Source: Paraphysomonas bandaiensis (Eukaryota; Protista; Chrysophyceae). From it: a stretch of 64,000 nucleotides of DNA. This document shows, piece by piece, positions 60,817 to 64,000 of this stretch; positions within the stretch are counted from its first letter, which is position 1; every line of letters starts with the position of its first letter. Position numbers and translations under genes: made by a program. The stretch is from the NCBI GenBank assembly GCA_965644295.1, contig CBFFRP010000254.1, positions 40,000 through 103,999 of the forward strand, read 5' to 3'. Under the pieces are notes generated by a model, which was not told the origin of the DNA, did not search any database, and saw only the letters and a program-made list of their open reading frames with translations.

Positions 60817-62716
60817 ATGTCAATTTATACAAAGCCAAAAACAAGCAATAACACTATTTTCAATGCACAAAATCACAAGCAGATTGAAACAGCAAGAGTG
60901 ATATTAAACATGGCGGAATATGCAAGGTTAGACAATGCTAAATTTACAGCGAACGTTGAAATCTTGAATGGTAATAACTTAACCATAAACAATGAACCCC
61001 AAACAGTTGCCTTTACAGATTCAAAAAATAATATGTTATTAGATATGAACACAAGATTATTAAACCTGACTGAAAATGAAATACAAACATTAGACGGTAT
61101 AAATACCAATGAAACTATACAATCACAATTAAATACATTAACAGCAAGTTTTGAAGGTCTTGATGCTCTCCAAGATATAGACTTAATTAATATACCGAAT
61201 TTACAAACTGATGTGGTAAACTTACAAGCCCAAGATATAACATTACAGAACAATATTGATACTAAACATGATATAATAGATGTAAATAATAAGTTGGATT
61301 CATCATTAGTATATGATTCAACAGAAACAGTTACAATAGATAATATTATAGTAAATTTACAAGGTCAAATAACAAGCAATGATACAGATATAACAAATTT
61401 ACAAACTCAAGATGTTACACTTCAAAACAACATAGATACCAAACACGATATAATAGATATATAAACAACAAGTTGGATTCTTCATTGGTCTATGATTCAA
61501 CTGAAATAGACACACTTGATAATGTCATATCATCATTGCAAACTCAGATTACTAATAATGACACTGATATAACAAACTTACAAACTCAAGATACTACATT
61601 ACAAAACAACATAGATACCAAACACGATATAATAGATGTAAATAACAAGTTGGACTCTTCATTGGTCTATGATTCAACAGAAACAGATACAATAGATAAT
61701 ATTATATCATCATTACAAACTCAGATTACTAATAACGATACAGACATAACAAACTTGCAAACTCAAGATACCACATTACAGAATAACATTGATGCCAAAC
61801 ATGATATAATAGATATAAACAACAAGTTGGATTCTTCATTAGTGTATGATTCAACAGAAACAGATACAATAGATAATATTATATCATCATTACAAACTCA
61901 GATTACTAATAATGACACTGATATAACAAACTTACAAACTCAAGATACAACATTACAAAACAACATTGATACTAAACATGATATAATAATAGATGTGAAT
62001 AATAAGCTTGATTCTTCATTGGTCTATGATTCAACAGAAATAGATACACTTGATAATGTCATATCATCATTACAAACTCAGATTACTAACAACGATACAG
62101 ATATAACAAATTTGCAAACTCAAGATACTACATTACAAAACAACATAGATACCAAACATGATATAATAGATGTAAATAACAAGTTGGATTCTGGATTAGT
62201 TTATGACTCCACATTTACTGATACAATTGACAACTTGCTAAAAGCACAATAGACGGCAATATTACAACACTTGAAAATTCAAAATTGAATTTAACAGGCG
62301 GAACAATGACAGGAAATATAACAACTAAACAAATAAGCGAATCAATCAGCACAACATATACGTTTTCTTCAAATGTGTTGACATATAATTATAGCAATGG
62401 TTCAATTATATATTTCAATGGTTTAACAAGTGATACAAATTTTGAACTTGATATAACGAATATTAATTCAAGTAACTTAACAAATACTTCTTTCACAGTG
62501 TCAGTTATAATAGATACATCAAGTTATAAAGCACATATAAACACTTTAAAAGTTAATACAGTTTCAGAAACGTTGAATGTATCAGGAGGTTTAGCAAATG
62601 TGGACATTAGCAATACGACAACATCAGGAGCAATATTACAAACAATAACAATAATATATACTAACTCAGGAACATCACCATCGAAAGTAATATCTAATGT
62701 AGGTTCATATTATTAA
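60817..62716 (+). pseudogene. Viral fibre-like protein with 59-aa tandem repeats, split by two frameshifts
   Basis: ORFs 60817-61464, 61473-62252 and 62285-62716 rejoin after removing a TA insertion (~61460) and restoring one A (~62242). Heptad-like repeats, KLNLTGGTMTG motif, Ser/Thr-rich beta-type C-terminal domain. Confidence 0.75.
61210..62236 (+). repeat. Coding tandem repeat, 177-bp unit, ~5.8 copies
   Basis: KLDS codons start at 61291, 61470, 61647, 61824, 62004 and 62181 (spacings 179, 177, 177, 180, 177). Confidence 0.95.
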
Positions 62717-62765
62717 AAATATATAAAACAATTTAAAAAAATATTATATATATATATTATATATC

Positions 62766-62935
62766 ATGCCTATAGAGAGATTAAAAGAAAGTGTAAACAT
62801 TGTGAGAAAACTATAAAAAGAATAAACAAAGATTGGGAGTCAAGAGAATATCATAAGAAATGTTTTAAAGAGATTGAAGAGATGAAGTCAATGATTATGA
62901 ATATGGAGAAATATAAGAAGATGTATGATCTATAA
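62766..62935 (+). pseudogene. Small CxxC...HxxC zinc-binding protein (~55 aa) with a 2-bp frameshift
   Basis: Removing one AG from AGAGAGA after ATGCCTAT gives MPIEIKRKCKHCEKTIKRINKDWESREYHKKCFKEIEEMKSMIMNMEKYKKMYDL*. Confidence 0.6.
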
Positions 62936-62997
62936 ATTCTGTTGTCATTATGTTAGTTAGTGTTATATATACATATGTATATGTAACGTTTTAAAAA

Positions 62998-63321
62998 TTA
63001 ATAGCCTTGTTCAGGTTTGATATAAGTGCCGTGTTGGTCATCATATTCTTTTAATAGTTTTTGTCTTTTCTCATAAGCTTTAGTTTTTTCAAGTTGTTCA
63101 CTTGGTAAGTTTCTATTAATAGGATTCTTATAATATATTTGTTGTCTTTCACTGAGAAGTTCAACTTGTTTTTTTCGTTTCTGTATTTCTAAGTCTTTGA
63201 TCAAGGCTTTATATCCTTCAATTTGTTTTACTATGTTTGATATTTCAGTTTGAACTTGAGGTTTCTTTGTCTTTGGTATTGCAAAGAGTTCATTTTTTAA
63301 ACAAATAACAAAATCGCTCAT
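62998..63321 (-). CDS. Hypothetical coiled-coil protein of the virus-like segment
   Basis: Intact 107-aa K/E/Q-rich ORF with AT-rich codons and an AT-rich leader. Confidence 0.6.
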   Translation of the reverse strand: MSDFVICLKNELFAIPKTKKPQVQTEISNIVKQIEGYKALIKDLEIQKRKKQVELLSERQQIYYKNPINRNLPSEQLEKTKAYEKRQKLLKEYDDQHGTYIKPEQGY

Positions 63322-63356
63322 CTGTATATAATAGATTTAGAAATTGTTTTATATAT

Positions 63357-63545
63357 TTATTTCCCGAATTTTTTACCAGGTTTTAAATATTTCAATTCAT
63401 CTGTATTATGAGACTTCAAAAGATTATTAGTTCTTGAATTAAATACATGTGTGTTATTATCATTGGAATTGAAATGATTCAAAGATGATACAGGGTCATT
63501 ATGTGTTTTAATATCTATTTGATTGTCATTAGTTCTTCTTGTCAT
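63357..63545 (-). CDS. Hypothetical protein, probably the C-terminal part of a truncated viral gene
   Basis: Asn-rich 62-aa ORF; the frame extends a little upstream toward the end of the AT-rich block. Confidence 0.4.
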   Translation of the reverse strand: MTRRTNDNQIDIKTHNDPVSSLNHFNSNDNNTHVFNSRTNNLLKSHNTDELKYLKPGKKFGK

Positions 63546-64000
63546 TTCTAAAGGAGATATTGCCTTATTAAATGAGTTAAAGTATGAAGTACTTTAGAGG
63601 AGAAAGGTATATTATATATTAAGGACAACTGATGTAAACATGTCAATGTGTGATGACAATGAATGGATATGCATGCATGTGACATACTATCCATTCATTC
63701 ATAATACGTAGTGCGTATGTGATAGGAAAACTACGGAAGCGAAGTTTACACTTCAACTCTCCCCCTAAAACTAAGCGTACGTATGTAATGAACAACATGA
63801 AAACTAGGTACTAAGCTAGATACTGAAAATAGAATAGATACTGAAAATAGATACTGAAAACCCGAAAAGAAAACCATGATGGTATAATGGATGCATGGGA
63901 AAACAAAAGGGAAAGTATCCAACAATAGAATATATATACCATAACTATAAGATATAGTGTGTGCAGAGGACCAGATGGGGCATACCATCTACGAGTCATA

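Larger units (their letters stand above)
60660..63620. mobile_element. AT-rich endogenous viral element fragment (Polinton-like virus/virophage-like)
   Basis: Abrupt drop in GC, tightly packed intronless ORFs on both strands, TATATA-rich short spacers, fibre-like gene. No capsid, ATPase or polymerase seen, so the class is inferred. Confidence 0.6.

Noticed and set aside
63655-63876. 12-bp stem (AATGAATGGATA...TATCCATTCATT) and AGATACTGAAAA repeats as a viral terminal repeat
   Set aside because: No matching inverted copy at the left edge of the island, and the window ends before context can be judged.
1-64000. tRNA/rRNA genes, telomeric arrays or an alternative genetic code
   Set aside because: None recognised by eye; multi-kb conserved ORFs translate cleanly in the standard code. 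A tRNAscan/Rfam run would be needed to exclude small RNAs.

Overview
Eukaryotic nuclear DNA in the standard genetic code with short GT-AG introns. It comes from a flagellated protist (axonemal dynein and IFT56 present); a stramenopile origin is an inference only. Host genes: SPFH/band-7 protein, FAD oxidoreductase, EF-hand protein, YqcI/YcgG-like protein, Methyltransf_16 methyltransferase, TPR + 2OG-Fe(II)-like protein, DNAH6-like dynein heavy chain, CPA2 antiporter with two ACT-like domains, TTC26/IFT56, a small histone-fold gene absent from the ORF track, an AGC (YANK-like) kinase and a CaaX-ended vWA protein. Mobile DNA is abundant: (i) a complete 3.8-kb MULE with ~120-bp TIRs and a perfect 10-bp TSD; (ii) a 482-bp internally deleted LTR element with a 5-bp TSD; (iii) a scrambled Ty1/copia relic; (iv) a 5.5-kb Plavaka/CMC-like transposon with 9-bp TIRs, a 2-bp TSD, ~700-bp arrays of the palindrome ACCTATAGGT at both ends and two divergent genes; (v) ~720-bp inverted repeats bracketing the vWA gene; (vi) an AT-rich, intronless virus-like segment (~60.7-63.6 kb) with a frameshifted fibre-like gene of 59-aa repeats, probably an endogenous Polinton-like virus/virophage fragment. 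All calls are by eye; exon borders and family names need database confirmation.
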